Below are positions 18,973-29,493 of a stretch of DNA of 64,000 bases, one piece after another. How positions within the stretch are numbered: position 1 is the first letter of the stretch; each line of letters opens with the position of its first letter. The stretch is from Candidatus Phycocordibacter aenigmaticus (lineage in GTDB: Bacteria; Patescibacteriota; Minisyncoccia; Phycocordibacterales; Phycocordibacteraceae), in NCBI GenBank assembly GCA_045401115.1, contig CP174359.1, positions 547,247 through 611,246 on the forward strand, given 5' to 3'. The translations under genes and the position numbers were made by a program. The notes under the pieces were generated by a model. The model worked only from the letters and a program-made list of their open reading frames with translations, was not told where the DNA came from and did no database searches.

Positions 18973-19476
18973 CTATTTGATGTCTATGACTGTGTACTCC
19001 TGCATACCACTTGGAGTACTAAAACCAAACGTCTCGCCCTTTTTACGACCCATCAACGCTTCACCAAGCGGTGAAAGGTGAGATATCTTTTTATTACGCA
19101 TATCAGCCTCTTCAGAGCCAACAATGGTATATACGTGTTTTTCTTTATCCCCTTTTTTACAAATGCTCACTTCTGACCCAAAACTCACCACACCCTTTTT
19201 TTGTTTTGAAATAATAGTGGCAGATTTGATAATAGACTCAAGTCTGCGGATTCGCTCTTCAGTTGCTGCCTGTAGTTCTCGTGCAGCTTGGTATTCAGCA
19301 TTTTCAGAAAGGTCCCCTAATGAACGCGCGTACTCAAGACTTTCAGCGATCTCTTTTCGAGCAATGGTTGTAAGGTGTTCAAGTTCTGCTTTTAATTCAT
19401 CGAATTTTTCCTGAGTGAGCACATTATTCTCAGCAGGTTCATTTGACTGTGACTCAGAAATCTTTTTTTGTGGCAT
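18973..19476 (-). CDS. greA: Transcription elongation factor GreA
   Basis: ARSLGDLSENAEY, IVGSEEAD, ISHLSPLGEAL; start could alternatively be 19491. Confidence 0.96.
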   Translation of the reverse strand: MPQKKISESQSNEPAENNVLTQEKFDELKAELEHLTTIARKEIAESLEYARSLGDLSENAEYQAARELQAATEERIRRLESIIKSATIISKQKKGVVSFGSEVSICKKGDKEKHVYTIVGSEEADMRNKKISHLSPLGEALMGRKKGETFGFSTPSGMQEYTVIDIK

Positions 19477-19513
19477 ACGCTTTAAGGACATTCTATAGGT
19501 TCTTTTCGCTACG

Positions 19514-21190
19514 TCAATCCTGTATCATCTGTGGACGTTCAGTGATAATCCACTCTAATACATTACGCATCACTAACGGAGCACCAGAAGTAGTACCGGC
19601 GTCTGCTCGTTCCATGATAATAGCAAAAGCAAATTGCGGCTTTTCATAAGGGAAAAATCCAATAATCAACGAGTTAATAAATGCTTTTCCTTGACCAACT
19701 TCAGCTGTACCGGTTTTTCCGGCCACTGCAACATCTGGAAGTGCTAATGCCGCAGCGGTACCATCAGTAACCGCTTGCCGCATACCCTCATTTATTATAT
19801 GCAGGTTTTCAGGGGCAATATTTAATTGTTGACCATAGGTCGGTGTGTTTTTTTCAAGCGTTGGTTTCAGTAATATACCGCCATTCGCAAGAGCCGCAGT
19901 AGCACGAGCAAGTTGTAGCGCGGTTACTTGAAAACCGTATTGCCCGATAGAGGTATGATACGTATTACCAAGAAACCATCGCTCTCCATCAAATTGCTCC
20001 GCTTTCCAGTCCGGATCAGGCACTACTCCCCTCGCCTCACCGTCAAGATTAATCCCTGCGACTGCACCAAATCCAAATAAATTCATATAGTGTTGTATGG
20101 TGCTAATACCGAGACCCCGCTGATCTTCATAACCGCCACCGATAGCGTAAAAATACACGTCTGAAGACACCGCGAGCGCCTCGCGCATATCAACCCAACC
20201 ATGCGCTTTCCAGTCGCGAAAAATTGTTGGGAGCTCAGGGTTATACGGGTTAGGAATACTAATAGACCCCGTTGAAAGTATTTCCTTTTCAGGAGCAATT
20301 ATTTCTTCTTCAAGAGCAGCAAGAGCAACGAACGGTTTCACTACTGACCCAGGTGCATACACACCGGCGATTGCACGGTCAAGAAATGGAGCTCGTGTAT
20401 CCGATACGTATTGCGACACCGTTTCTGAATCACTTCCATCAGCAAGTACATTAGGGTCAAATGATGGATAGCTGGCAAGTGCGTGAATTTCACCTGTATG
20501 CACATTCATAATAACGCCGGAACCACCGTTAAAAGATGAGTTATCTGCGCGTTCTTTTATCGCATTAAAAAGTTCCTTCTGAAGTTCTGCATCAATAGCG
20601 ACAACTATCTCTTCCCCGTCACGCGGCACTTGAATAATACTTCCTGAAATCACTTCACCGGTCGCACTTGTTTCTTTCAACTCAAACCCATTATCACCAC
20701 CAAGACGGTCTTGCCATCTTGATTCCAGTCCAGAGAGCCCATTAACTGTTTCTTGAAACCAAAACCCGTTTGAGTCACGTTTAGGATAGGATACATATCC
20801 AACGATGTGCGCCGCTGCTTCACCAAGTGGGTAAAAACGTTTTGAAAAACCAGATTCTGGCTGCGAATTATTAAGCGCCAATGAATCACCATAACGATCA
20901 ACAATACGGCCACGTTCAGCAATGATTAATGTTTGGTTTAGTCGATTCGCTTCGGCGCGCTCTTTAAGTGTTGCAGCATCCAATACTTGTAGTTTTAAAA
21001 GTTGTCCCAAAAACACTAGACCAATCAGAAGTGCTAAAATCAGAAAAATGCGATATGCGCGACGTTCAATCGGACGTTCAATACGACCTTCAAGGCGATT
21101 TGCATCAAATCCTGGCAGATTTTGTGCATCAATAAGAATCTCATCAGGATCAATGGTTTCGTAACGTTTTTTTCTTCGAATACGAGACAT
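19514..21190 (-). CDS. mrdA: Penicillin-binding protein 2
   Basis: AERGRIVDR, PGSVVK, SSD, KTGTAE; downstream of mreBCD. Confidence 0.9.
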   Translation of the reverse strand: MSRIRRKKRYETIDPDEILIDAQNLPGFDANRLEGRIERPIERRAYRIFLILALLIGLVFLGQLLKLQVLDAATLKERAEANRLNQTLIIAERGRIVDRYGDSLALNNSQPESGFSKRFYPLGEAAAHIVGYVSYPKRDSNGFWFQETVNGLSGLESRWQDRLGGDNGFELKETSATGEVISGSIIQVPRDGEEIVVAIDAELQKELFNAIKERADNSSFNGGSGVIMNVHTGEIHALASYPSFDPNVLADGSDSETVSQYVSDTRAPFLDRAIAGVYAPGSVVKPFVALAALEEEIIAPEKEILSTGSISIPNPYNPELPTIFRDWKAHGWVDMREALAVSSDVYFYAIGGGYEDQRGLGISTIQHYMNLFGFGAVAGINLDGEARGVVPDPDWKAEQFDGERWFLGNTYHTSIGQYGFQVTALQLARATAALANGGILLKPTLEKNTPTYGQQLNIAPENLHIINEGMRQAVTDGTAAALALPDVAVAGKTGTAEVGQGKAFINSLIIGFFPYEKPQFAFAIIMERADAGTTSGAPLVMRNVLEWIITERPQMIQD

Positions 21191-21207
21191 ATTCCTCTTA
21201 TTGTACG

Positions 21208-21465
21208 CTATTCCACAATACTTTTTTGCAGGGCTATACGAATAATAATAAGTATGATGAAAATACCAGTATACAGATACGCAAATCCACCAAACATATG
21301 TATTGGTGCGCTATGGAGCACATCAAGCAATAACCCACCAATAAGAACTGAGGGCACAGCATCAAAATATGCAATCAAAAGAATACCGAGTGCAATTGAA
21401 ACCCACCATGGTGCCAAAGCGATAATACTTGCGATAAAAACAGTGATGCAGAGTGCGCGAATCAT
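21208..21465 (-). CDS. Small membrane protein, probable reduced MreD
   Basis: Fully hydrophobic with GGLLLD motif, between mreC and mrdA. Confidence 0.55.
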   Translation of the reverse strand: MIRALCITVFIASIIALAPWWVSIALGILLIAYFDAVPSVLIGGLLLDVLHSAPIHMFGGFAYLYTGIFIILIIIRIALQKSIVE

Positions 21466-22253
21466 AAAGCATCAGGAAGTTGTGGTGCCGGTTCAAGAAA
21501 ATGTATAAAACGGATGTCAGAAAGTGGCGCCGGTAAATGTGCGTAGACACGTTTCGTAGTGCGATCAGGGTCTTCACTAATGGTACTTACCACACCGAAT
21601 GTATGCGTGCCATAACGCGCGCTGATAAGGACATCCCCTGGTTCAAGTGCTACGTCATCTGAGACATCGAACACATACGAACCACCACCGAGTCCATGAA
21701 TCACAACAATTGCGCTTGGCTCACCAACACGAACATCGTTCGTCACGCCAGGTGCACTGAAAAGTTGCACCACTGCAGCTGCACTGTTGGTACGTAATAC
21801 TTCACCAAGTACTGCGCCCTCAAATACTGCGATGTCTCCACGAGATACCGAATGTCCTTCAGTAAGTGATACGAGTAATGTATCGTAATGTGTGCGCGGT
21901 GGACGACTAATGACACGTCCAATGCCTGTTTCTCGTGCTTCACGTAACCCGAGTTCTTTCTTGAGCTGTTGATTTTCTTCTTGCAATGTTTCAAGCATAA
22001 CTGACTGAAATGCAACACGAGAGAGTTTTTCTTCTGCGTCAGCAAGACGTTCAGCAAGTACTGGGCGCGGTATATTATTATAAAGTTCAGTTGGATTTAC
22101 AGAAAAAACACTTACTGCTGAGCCCGCAACGCGAAAGAGTGTTCCTGAAAGAGTAATACCAACACCGACCAAAATGACCACCAATAATCCAAAGATTAGT
22201 GGCAGTGCCCGACGACGTGTATTTTTATTTAAGCGGGAGCGCATGGTCATCAT
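21462..22253 (-). CDS. mreC: Rod shape-determining protein MreC
   Basis: TM, coiled coil LQEENQQLKKELG, beta domain; follows mreB. Confidence 0.85.
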   Translation of the reverse strand: MMTMRSRLNKNTRRRALPLIFGLLVVILVGVGITLSGTLFRVAGSAVSVFSVNPTELYNNIPRPVLAERLADAEEKLSRVAFQSVMLETLQEENQQLKKELGLREARETGIGRVISRPPRTHYDTLLVSLTEGHSVSRGDIAVFEGAVLGEVLRTNSAAAVVQLFSAPGVTNDVRVGEPSAIVVIHGLGGGSYVFDVSDDVALEPGDVLISARYGTHTFGVVSTISEDPDRTTKRVYAHLPAPLSDIRFIHFLEPAPQLPDAL

Positions 22254-23289
22254 CACTTAAAAGTACAGCTCGATATTTTTCAATATCTTCAAGAACCATT
22301 CCTGTGCCACGTGCGACAGTAGTAAGTGGGTCATCAACTACATGAATTGGCACTTTAAGTTCTTCAGCAAAAAGCTTAGGGACACCGCGGAGCAATGCGC
22401 CGCCACCAGTCATATAGATACCGCTTCGCATGACATCTGACACTACTTCAGGTGGTGCAGATTCAATAACTTCTTTAACTGCTTCAATTATTGATGCAAT
22501 AGAACCAGCGATCGCTTCACGAACATCAGCATCAGTTACGACGATTTCACGAGGAAGTCCGGTAACCAAATCCCTCCCGCGGATAGTTGTCTGTAAGGGT
22601 TCTTCTTGTTTTAATACAGCACCGACGGCGAGTTTAACGTCCTCGGCTGTTTTCTCTCCTACTAAAATTTTAAATTCATTACGAATATAACTTGAAATAT
22701 CTTGGTTAAGAGTATCGCCAGCAATGCGTACATTTTTTGAGCGCACAATACCACCCAACGAAATAAGTGCCACATCTGTGTTACCGCCGCCGATATCAAT
22801 AATCATCGTGCCAACCGGATCATGCACTGGAAGACGTGCGCCTACTGCTGCCGCCATTGGTTCTTCAAGAATATGTACCTTACGCGCACCAGCATTCTTT
22901 GCCGCATCGCGCACCGCGCGAATTTCAACATTGGTTATACCACTAGGCACACCGACCACCACTTCAGGACCAAGCAGTGGTTTGTTTGGTTCCTGTGCTT
23001 TCTGAATTAGATACACCAACATTTCTTCGGTCACTTCAAAGTCTGAAATCACACCCTCGACCAACGGGCGGACCGCAGTAATATGACTTGGTGTACGGCC
23101 AAGCATTGCCTTAGCTTCTTGCCCAACTGCAACCACTTGTCCTGTTTTTTGGTTAACCGCCACTACTGACGGCTCACTAAGAATTACCCCCTTACCGCGC
23201 ACATATACCAACGTGTTAGCAGTTCCAAGGTCAATACCAATTGAACGAGAAAAACGATCAATTATTTTTTTAGGGATAAAAAAGTCCAT
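22225..23289 (-). CDS. mreB: Rod shape-determining protein MreB
   Basis: GIDLGTANT, EPSVVA, EEPMAAA, IDIGGG, TGGGALL. Confidence 0.96.
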   Translation of the reverse strand: MDFFIPKKIIDRFSRSIGIDLGTANTLVYVRGKGVILSEPSVVAVNQKTGQVVAVGQEAKAMLGRTPSHITAVRPLVEGVISDFEVTEEMLVYLIQKAQEPNKPLLGPEVVVGVPSGITNVEIRAVRDAAKNAGARKVHILEEPMAAAVGARLPVHDPVGTMIIDIGGGNTDVALISLGGIVRSKNVRIAGDTLNQDISSYIRNEFKILVGEKTAEDVKLAVGAVLKQEEPLQTTIRGRDLVTGLPREIVVTDADVREAIAGSIASIIEAVKEVIESAPPEVVSDVMRSGIYMTGGGALLRGVPKLFAEELKVPIHVVDDPLTTVARGTGMVLEDIEKYRAVLLSDDDHALPLK

Positions 23290-23300
23290 ACAATAGCATA

Positions 23301-24539
23301 TTAGCGACGCAGTAACTCGTCACGTGACATCATAAGTGTTTCGCCTGTTGCGCGCCTGACTACTTCAAGCATATCGGGCGTGCTCTTTTTACCATATACA
23401 ATACGATACGGAATACCGAGTAATTCGCTGTCGGTAAATTTCTCACCGGCGCTTACAGAGCGGTCATCATATAACACATCAATACCATGAGAGATCAATG
23501 CCTCATAGAGTGAATCAGCTTCGTCGCGTGCACTTTCATCATCACTTAATACCACTAAATGATACGTAAACGGAGCGACACTTTCAGGCCACACCAATCC
23601 CTTTTCATCAGCACATTTCTCAGCAAGCACCCCCATAAGACGAGTGATACCGATACCATAAGAACCCATCCACACCGGAGTAATCTCACCTTTCTCGTTT
23701 TTAAAGGTAAGGTCGAGTTGTTCAGATTTTTTCGTACCGAAATTAAAAATGTTTCCCACCTCAGCCGTCGCTACCTCTTCAAGAGAATCACGAGTAATAC
23801 CAAGTTCAGTTAAAGTCTCATCTGTAAGAACTTCTTCATTTATCGCAATATTCTTCTCGCGGTTTATATAGATGATATCTTCACCAGCCTCAGTGATGGT
23901 CTGAAACTCATGACTAAATTCAGTAAATGCACCACCTGAGGCAAAAGTGACATACGTATCACCGCCAACACCAACACGATCAAAAATTCGTTTATATGCT
24001 TCGATAGTCTTGTTATAAAACTGTCGATGACTTTCCTCGTCTACATCAAACGAGTACATATCATTCATAATAAATTCCCTGCCGCGCATAATGCCACTCT
24101 TGGCGCGCAACTCATTGCGAAGCTTGTTTTGAAACTGGTGTACGTTAACTGGTAAATCACGAAAACTATGCACGTGGTCGCGCAACATGGCAGCAATAGG
24201 TTCTTCATGCGACCACCCAAAACCAACCTCACCACCGGCGTGCAGTTCCGATTTAAACCATACATCCACATTTTCATCACTCCATCGATCAGTTTGTTCC
24301 CATAATTCTTTACGCTGCAACGTGGTCATACGGATTTCTTGAGCGCCAAGGGCGTTTAACTCTTCACGCACAATATGCTGTATTTTTTCAATCACACGGA
24401 GTCCTAGCGGAAGGAGCGCATACACCCCGGCAAGTTCTTTATGAATATACCCAGCACGAATTAACAGTTGAGCATTTTTTGAAATTTCACCTTTCGGCGC
24501 TTCACGACGGGTTTTTGTAAAAAGTTCTGACTGGCGCAT
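23301..24539 (-). CDS. proS: Proline--tRNA ligase (short form without editing insertion)
   Basis: MRQSELF, LLIRAGY, RNELR..SGIMRGREF, MGSYGIGITR, anticodon domain DDR..SAGEKF. Confidence 0.93.
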   Translation of the reverse strand: MRQSELFTKTRREAPKGEISKNAQLLIRAGYIHKELAGVYALLPLGLRVIEKIQHIVREELNALGAQEIRMTTLQRKELWEQTDRWSDENVDVWFKSELHAGGEVGFGWSHEEPIAAMLRDHVHSFRDLPVNVHQFQNKLRNELRAKSGIMRGREFIMNDMYSFDVDEESHRQFYNKTIEAYKRIFDRVGVGGDTYVTFASGGAFTEFSHEFQTITEAGEDIIYINREKNIAINEEVLTDETLTELGITRDSLEEVATAEVGNIFNFGTKKSEQLDLTFKNEKGEITPVWMGSYGIGITRLMGVLAEKCADEKGLVWPESVAPFTYHLVVLSDDESARDEADSLYEALISHGIDVLYDDRSVSAGEKFTDSELLGIPYRIVYGKKSTPDMLEVVRRATGETLMMSRDELLRR

Positions 24540-24620
24540 TCCGTGAGTAGTGTGTGTATGTGTGTTCATAAACGTAATATCGCTATTGTACCGCGTATAC
24601 CAACTTTTAGCATTATGGAT

Positions 24621-24647
24621 TTTTACCCTTTTGAATAAAGGGTAAAA
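24621..24647. terminator. Hairpin/terminator after rseP
   Basis: TTTTACCCTTT-TGAAT-AAAGGGTAAAA. Confidence 0.6.
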
Positions 24648-24700
24648 CGTCCTACTTCGACAAAAGAAATGGCATTAACTGCGACCCTCTTATCAGTACA

Positions 24701-25792
24701 CTAGCCAATCAGACGGGATATATCACCCACTGTGACCGCAACCATAAGTAAGATAAGAATAAGGAATCCGATTGTATTTACTATCTGAGAAATTTTATTA
24801 GGAACAGGGCGACGAGTTATGCTTTCAATGGCAACAAACACAAGTCTCCCGCCATCAAGTGCTGGGAATGGGAGTAGATTAATAATGGCAAGATTCACCG
24901 AAAGCAGCGCTGCAAATGAAAGTAGTGACCCAAAACCAAACGCTGCGGCGTCTCCAGTGAGCGACGCGATACCCACCGGACCAGCAAGATTAGATACATC
25001 AGCAGAAAACGTTATTGCACCCGCAATTAAACCAACCAAAGAAACTAATACAAAAACAAAATCACGTGCTGTATCCACAATTCCTTGCCAGAGCGCTTCA
25101 TGAAGCGGATATGAAACTGTACCAACCTGTGCCGTAGCAATACCCACACCATAACGTTCTGGCTCACCATCAATAACCCCTTGTTGAGGAATTACTGAAA
25201 CCATCTGTTCTTCCCCTGATCGACGTATCGTAAAAACAACAGCACTGTCGAGCGCAGCGCTGATGTGTTCGGTGACTGTTTGAGGATCTGTAATAGACGT
25301 TACATTATCCTTTTCACCAACTGCCACAATACGATCCCCAGACATCAGTCCTGCTTCAGCAGCGGGACTTTCAGGAGACACTTGTACGACTACTACTGAT
25401 ACGTCACGTGCATGTTCTTTATTAACCTCACTGTCAATCAATGCAGGAGTGCCCACCATAAACGCAACACTTGAAAGCACAAAAGCAATGACAATGTTTG
25501 CGAACGGACCGGCAAAAAGTACTGCCGCTTGATGGAGCGCCGGACGGCTCGCAAATGCGCGAGGGTCTTTCTTTTCACTACTGTCTTCACCGAAAATTTT
25601 GACAAAACCACCAAACGGTAACCAGTTCACGGTATATTCAGTTTCTCCTATTTTTTTCCCAAAAATCTTTGGAGGAAATCCAACTCCAAACTCGTCCACG
25701 CGCATACCGCTTTTTTTGGCTACCAAAAAATGTCCAAGCTCATGCCCGACAATAAGGAGAAGTAAAATGCCTATAAAAAGTAGTATGGTCAT
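24701..25792 (-). CDS. rseP: RIP metalloprotease RseP (M50 + PDZ)
   Basis: HELGH, LPFGGFV, AGPFAN, PDZ, NLLPFPALDGG. Confidence 0.95.
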   Translation of the reverse strand: MTILLFIGILLLLIVGHELGHFLVAKKSGMRVDEFGVGFPPKIFGKKIGETEYTVNWLPFGGFVKIFGEDSSEKKDPRAFASRPALHQAAVLFAGPFANIVIAFVLSSVAFMVGTPALIDSEVNKEHARDVSVVVVQVSPESPAAEAGLMSGDRIVAVGEKDNVTSITDPQTVTEHISAALDSAVVFTIRRSGEEQMVSVIPQQGVIDGEPERYGVGIATAQVGTVSYPLHEALWQGIVDTARDFVFVLVSLVGLIAGAITFSADVSNLAGPVGIASLTGDAAAFGFGSLLSFAALLSVNLAIINLLPFPALDGGRLVFVAIESITRRPVPNKISQIVNTIGFLILILLMVAVTVGDISRLIG

Positions 25793-25812
25793 GGATATTA
25801 GAGAAAAGACGA

Positions 25813-26364
25813 TTAGCCTTTTAGTTCAGTTTCTTTTTTCTCAGCAATTTTTTCAAGTTCTTTGTTGCCCTCATCTACTAATTTCTGCGCTTCTTCTTTT
25901 GCGTCATGCGCCTCGTCTTCTGAAAGTTCATTATTTTTTTGTGATTTATCAATAACGCTCATCGTTTCAGTACGCTTCTGTTTAATCGCAATACGCGCTT
26001 CCTCTAGCTTACTCTTAAGAACTTTAATAAGCTGTTCGCGACGCTCAGTAGTTAGTTCAGGAAATGATACACGTACTCCCCTTTCATCAGCGCCTGCCGT
26101 AACACCAAGGTCAGCAACTGCAATTGCTTTTTCAATTGGTTTGACTTGTTCAGTGTCCCACGGAGTCACATACAACGTGCGCGCATCTTCAACAGAAACA
26201 GATGCCACCTGATTCAATTTCATGCGGCTTCCGTATACATCAATTGATACCGCATCAAGTAATGCGGGAGTTGCCCTACCGGTACGAAGCGTTGAAAGCT
26301 CCTGAGTAAGCCATGTTTTAGTATCAGAGATACCGTCTTTTAATTCATCGAATTTATATGCCAT
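25813..26364 (-). CDS. frr: Ribosome recycling factor
   Basis: LRTGRATP, PELTTERR; ATG 26364 follows TATACT. Confidence 0.96.
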   Translation of the reverse strand: MAYKFDELKDGISDTKTWLTQELSTLRTGRATPALLDAVSIDVYGSRMKLNQVASVSVEDARTLYVTPWDTEQVKPIEKAIAVADLGVTAGADERGVRVSFPELTTERREQLIKVLKSKLEEARIAIKQKRTETMSVIDKSQKNNELSEDEAHDAKEEAQKLVDEGNKELEKIAEKKETELKG

Positions 26365-26389
26365 ATAGGCGTAGTATAAAGGATAATTG

Positions 26390-27055
26390 CTAGAGTACCA
26401 ATGCGAGATGTCCAATAACTCCTTTTGGCGATGAACCGGTTAACTGAAGGTATTGATCTGCATTAAGTAAGTCGCGCATACGCGACGCATCAAACTGTTT
26501 TGTATGAGCCAGCACGAGCAGCGAACGTACTAACGCTCGCGCACCCTCACGGTCTTGTTTTTTACCAAACGCCTCGGCTTGTGCGATACGTTCACCATAC
26601 GAAAGATTTAAAAAAGTTTCGCCGATATCACTTGAGTAGGTGTCATTACCTTGAAGTGTAATACATCGTGATGCAAGCGTCGGCACTATACCAACACCAG
26701 GCGGCACTATAAAGAAAAAGACTGAGTTACCAATCCCCTCCTCAACTGCCTTAAGGAGTGCATTCTGTGCACCAGTTGTAATGGTCTGCGCGTGGATAAC
26801 AATATATTTATTCTCACCCACCGGACGTAATTGTGTGAATTGCATGACTGATCGCGCAGCGTCAATATCAAACTGCTCTTCATGACGCATCATACAGTCG
26901 GGATTTCCAGTAAACACGATTCCCCGTTCTTTCAGAGCGTGCTGAACCATGTCTCCCGCTGTTACATCACCTCGTATCAAATACGCATGAGAAAGTGAGG
27001 TAGCGTTTTTAATATGATTACGTGCGTCAGAGAGTGATGTTTCCCGATCAGGCAT
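26390..27055 (-). CDS. holB: Reduced DNA polymerase III delta-prime-like clamp loader subunit
   Basis: HAYLI, NPD, AQNALLKAVEE, PTLASRC. Confidence 0.7.
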   Translation of the reverse strand: MPDRETSLSDARNHIKNATSLSHAYLIRGDVTAGDMVQHALKERGIVFTGNPDCMMRHEEQFDIDAARSVMQFTQLRPVGENKYIVIHAQTITTGAQNALLKAVEEGIGNSVFFFIVPPGVGIVPTLASRCITLQGNDTYSSDIGETFLNLSYGERIAQAEAFGKKQDREGARALVRSLLVLAHTKQFDASRMRDLLNADQYLQLTGSSPKGVIGHLALVL

Positions 27056-27069
27056 GGTGTATTAAAGGG

Positions 27070-28080
27070 TTATTTACTCGTCATAGTTTTCTTATAGGTA
27101 TTGAGATGATTCAAGGTAACACCTGTACCTTTCACCACACAAAATGCGGCTTCGTCAGCAAGGGTTGCTTGCACGCCCGTTCGACGAAACACCAACTCAG
27201 GCAGATGACGTAACTGACTCGTTCCACCGGTCATAATAATGCCCTGATCAATAATGTCAGCAGCAAGCTCAGGTGGTGTCTCTTGTAGTGCATTACGTAT
27301 TGCCTTCATCATCTCTCGTAATTCACGAGAGATGGCGCGTACAATTTCATTTGTACCGATATCTGCAGTACGTGGTAAACCAGAAAGAATATCTCTTCCT
27401 TTAATCGTCATAGTAAGTTCCTCTTCGAGAGGCACTGCTGATCCAATTTGGATTTTAATATCTTCAGCCGTTTTATCACCAATAGCAAGGTTATAGGTTT
27501 TTTTAATATAATCAGCAATCGCTACATCAATACGGTTTCCTGCACATTTCACACTCGTTGACGCTACAATACCTCCAAGCGAAATAACAGCAGAATCGGT
27601 CGTACCACCACCAATATCAACAATCATGTGTCCACGTGGTTCATGAATGGGAATACCTGCGCCAATAGCAGCGAGGATGGGTTCTTTAATAACAAAAGCA
27701 TTCTTTGCGCCACCACGCAGCGCTGCTTCAACAACTGCGCGACGTTCTGTTGACGTGACGCCTGCCGGCACCGAAACAATGACATCAGGTTTAAAAAGAT
27801 TCCACCGACCAAGTGCTTTTTTTATATAGTATCTGAGCATTGCTTCAGTAACGCGATAATCAGCAATAACACCGTCTTTCATGGGGCGGTACGCAATAAT
27901 AGACTCCGGTGTACGACCGATCATCTCTTTGGCTTCAGAACCGATTGCAAGAATAGAATTGTCGTTCTGTGATACCGCAACCACTGATGGCTCATTTAAT
28001 ACCACACCCTGACCTGGGACATACACTAATGTCGTAGTAGTACCAAGATCAATACCGAGTGCCGGAGAGAAAAATGACAT
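27070..28080 (-). CDS. mreB: Second MreB/Mbl paralogue
   Basis: GIDLGT, NEPSVVA, RPMKDGVIAD, VDIGGGTTD, ETPPELAADI. Confidence 0.93.
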   Translation of the reverse strand: MSFFSPALGIDLGTTTTLVYVPGQGVVLNEPSVVAVSQNDNSILAIGSEAKEMIGRTPESIIAYRPMKDGVIADYRVTEAMLRYYIKKALGRWNLFKPDVIVSVPAGVTSTERRAVVEAALRGGAKNAFVIKEPILAAIGAGIPIHEPRGHMIVDIGGGTTDSAVISLGGIVASTSVKCAGNRIDVAIADYIKKTYNLAIGDKTAEDIKIQIGSAVPLEEELTMTIKGRDILSGLPRTADIGTNEIVRAISRELREMMKAIRNALQETPPELAADIIDQGIIMTGGTSQLRHLPELVFRRTGVQATLADEAAFCVVKGTGVTLNHLNTYKKTMTSK

Positions 28081-28134
28081 ATAAAGACAGTATAGCAAGC
28101 CGCAGGCTCAGGCTCCTAATTTCTACAAATAGGA

Positions 28135-29424
28135 CTATGTGCGCTCAATCGTAGCGCCTAATGACTGGAATTTTTGTTCAATCTGTTGATAGCCGCGGTC
28201 AATCAAGTGTGCATTACCGATACGTGACGTTCCACTGGCAACAGCACCTGCAAGCAGGAATGCGAGACCGGCACGAATATCCGGACCATCAATATCACGG
28301 GCCTTGAGTGGCGTCGGGCCTTTGACCGTTGCTTTGTGTGGGTTCCAGATACGAATGTCCGCTCCCATTGTTACTAAGTCATCAATATAATTAAGACGAC
28401 CATCAAAAATAGTTTCCACCACAGCGCTTTCTCCCTCTGCCTGTGTTAAGAGCGTCGTCATGGGCGCCTGAAGATCGGTAGGAAATCCCGGATGTTCGTG
28501 GGTACGGATATCAGTCGCGCGAAGCGTATCTGGACGCGATACAGTAATCGTATCTTCAGTAGCATGGATAGGGACTCCCATAACACGCAGTGCTTCAATA
28601 ACCGCATCCAGATCACTGGGACGCACATTAGTAATGGTCACATCTTTACCCAATAACGCACCAAGAATCAAAAAGCTCCCCGCCTCAATACGATCAGGGA
28701 TGACAGCAAACGGTTCTTGTGGTGGTTCAACATGTGCAGGATGAATAATTATTGTCGGTGTTCCGGCTCCTTCAATACGCGCACCACATTTTTTCAAAAA
28801 ATCTGCAGTTGCAACCACTTCCGGCTCCATTGCACAGTTTTTAAGTGTGACCGGAGCCTGTGCGCGTACCGCAGCCATCATAAATGTTTCCGTTGCCGTT
28901 ACCGACATAACGCGGAAAAAGATCGTACCACCGGAAAGACCTTCGGGAGGTGCAGTAAGGGTGCTACTTTCTTCGTCTCCCGTAAAGGAACATCCAAGCG
29001 TCTGAAACCCTTCAATAAATAAATCAATGGGACGGGAACCAAGTACACATCCACCAGGGTGAGGAAATGTGACACTTCCAAGCCGAGCAAGTGTTGCGCC
29101 AATAAGTAAAACACTTGCCCGTAATCGTTTTGCTAGTGTCTGGTCTAAAATAGTATTTTTTGCATCTTGTGTACGAATTGAACAAACCCCGTCCCGGTAG
29201 CTTCCATACGCTCCAATCCCTTCAAGTAAAGAAATCATCGAGTGCACATCCGCAATATTAGGTACATTCGTTAATTGTGTCTCACCATCCACAATAAGCG
29301 ATGCTGCCATAATAGGTAACACCGCATTTTTAGCCCCCTCAATAGCGACACTTCCTGAGAGTGTTGGTTCCCCCGCTGAACCGGTAATAATAAAAGCCTG
29401 GTTTTCGTTGATATTCATAGGCAT
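28135..29424 (-). CDS. murA: UDP-N-acetylglucosamine 1-carboxyvinyltransferase
   Basis: GAKNAVLP, RASVL, PGGCVLGSRPID, PDRIEAGS, PGFPTDLQ, DIRAG, IDRGY. Confidence 0.97.
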   Translation of the reverse strand: MPMNINENQAFIITGSAGEPTLSGSVAIEGAKNAVLPIMAASLIVDGETQLTNVPNIADVHSMISLLEGIGAYGSYRDGVCSIRTQDAKNTILDQTLAKRLRASVLLIGATLARLGSVTFPHPGGCVLGSRPIDLFIEGFQTLGCSFTGDEESSTLTAPPEGLSGGTIFFRVMSVTATETFMMAAVRAQAPVTLKNCAMEPEVVATADFLKKCGARIEGAGTPTIIIHPAHVEPPQEPFAVIPDRIEAGSFLILGALLGKDVTITNVRPSDLDAVIEALRVMGVPIHATEDTITVSRPDTLRATDIRTHEHPGFPTDLQAPMTTLLTQAEGESAVVETIFDGRLNYIDDLVTMGADIRIWNPHKATVKGPTPLKARDIDGPDIRAGLAFLLAGAVASGTSRIGNAHLIDRGYQQIEQKFQSLGATIERT

Positions 29425-29493
29425 ATTCTAACAGCTTTTCCCGCAGCACCCCACAGGACAACAGGGCTGAAATAAAATCAGAAAAAGCGTATC

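Noticed and set aside
22225-28080. Two mreB copies as a novelty or misassembly
   Set aside because: The copies are clearly divergent paralogues, and multiple MreB paralogues are common in bacteria
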